Assembly: GCA_013694995.1 (NCBI GenBank) | Contig: JACDBH010000002.1 | Location: forward strand, 17,425-81,424 | Length of the DNA stretch: 64,000 bases | Direction: 5' to 3' | Source of the DNA: Candidatus Saccharimonadota bacterium | Lineage (GTDB): Bacteria; Patescibacteriota; Saccharimonadia; Saccharimonadales; JACDBH01 | Shown: positions 63,684 to 64,000 of the stretch, piece after piece | Numbering within the stretch: the first letter of the stretch is position 1 | Layout of the letters: each line of letters starts with the position of its first letter | Notes under the pieces: generated by a model | What the model saw: the letters and a program-made list of their open reading frames with translations, nothing else | Told to the model about the DNA's origin: nothing | The model's database searches: none | Made by a program: the position numbers and the translations under genes

Positions 63684-64000
63684 TCAGTCCGTGGCGAACC
63701 TCCGATCCCAAAGGATATGGTATTGACCGAGACGGTGCTCGATCTGATCGAGTTCGCCCGAGCCAAGGCCTATGGCCTTCAGCTGACGACGTGACATCAG
63801 AATCAAGCTTGCAATCGTTTTGACATCGTTCAAATTGAGCGACTCGACGATGTCGGTATCCAACCCGAGACTAGTGACTGATGATTCCGGTGCGAGTAAT
63901 TCGCTCCATGTCTCGGTTCTGGTATACCAGTTGTAGCCCAGGGTGTAGCCCAGTGTTTCGAGCTCGGTCCTGCATGCTTTGATCGTGTCTTCGATTCGCG
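63684..64000 (-). CDS. Partial CDS (C-terminal about 105 aa) with RpoA-alphaCTD-like helix-hairpin-helix
   Basis: Hand-translated open frame running from the window edge to a TGA at 63686-63684. Ends ...LGLDTDIVESLNLNDVKTIASLILMSRRQLKAIGLGSGELDQIEHRLGQY... Not in the ORF track because it has no start in the window. Confidence 0.5.
   Translation of the reverse strand, partial: RIEDTIKACRTELETLGYTLGYNWYTRTETWSELLAPESSVTSLGLDTDIVESLNLNDVKTIASLILMSRRQLKAIGLGSGELDQIEHRLGQYHILWDRRFATD

Noticed and set aside
1-64000. Scan for rRNA, tRNA, tmRNA, RNase P RNA, CRISPR arrays, transposases/IS ends and integrases.
   Set aside because: I found no periodic direct repeats with spacers. No intergenic segment has a tRNA-like T-arm/acceptor pattern that I could see. 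No transposase, integrase or cas-like ORF is present. Small RNAs cannot be excluded by eye.

Overview
The window looks like a chromosomal segment from a small-genome, Gram-positive-like bacterium. My guess is CPR/Patescibacteria, possibly Saccharibacteria; this rests on gene content alone and no search was run. It is almost entirely housekeeping genes. These include rpsB-tsf-frr-uppS-rseP, six aminoacyl-tRNA synthetase genes, secA, prfB, ftsEX with two PcsB-like CHAP hydrolases and ctpA, pyrG, xseAB and recO. A trimmed dcw cluster (mraZ-rsmH-ftsL-ftsI-mraY-ftsW-murG-ftsQ) and topA are also present. I found no rRNA, tRNA, CRISPR array or transposase. Accessory content is a visibly AT-rich type II R-M cassette next to NYN and PIF1-helicase genes, a GH1/SGNH pair, and several orphan ORFs. 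The observations most worth a second look are: (1) a translationally coupled histidine-kinase-like/receiver-like pair that has lost both phosphotransfer residues and is fused into an operon with recO. (2) A switch of gene polarity at a 563-bp AT-rich non-coding spacer (56452-57014) with a dif-like palindrome, which may mark a replication terminus. (3) A soluble VirD4/TraG-like ATPase next to a sigma-region-4 + double HARE-HTH protein and topA. (4) Pervasive leaderless promoters, including a 26-nt element repeated almost exactly in front of lysS and the helicase gene. (5) CA/A-rich leaders shared by cell-division genes. Every functional call is motif recognition by eye and needs HMM/BLAST confirmation.
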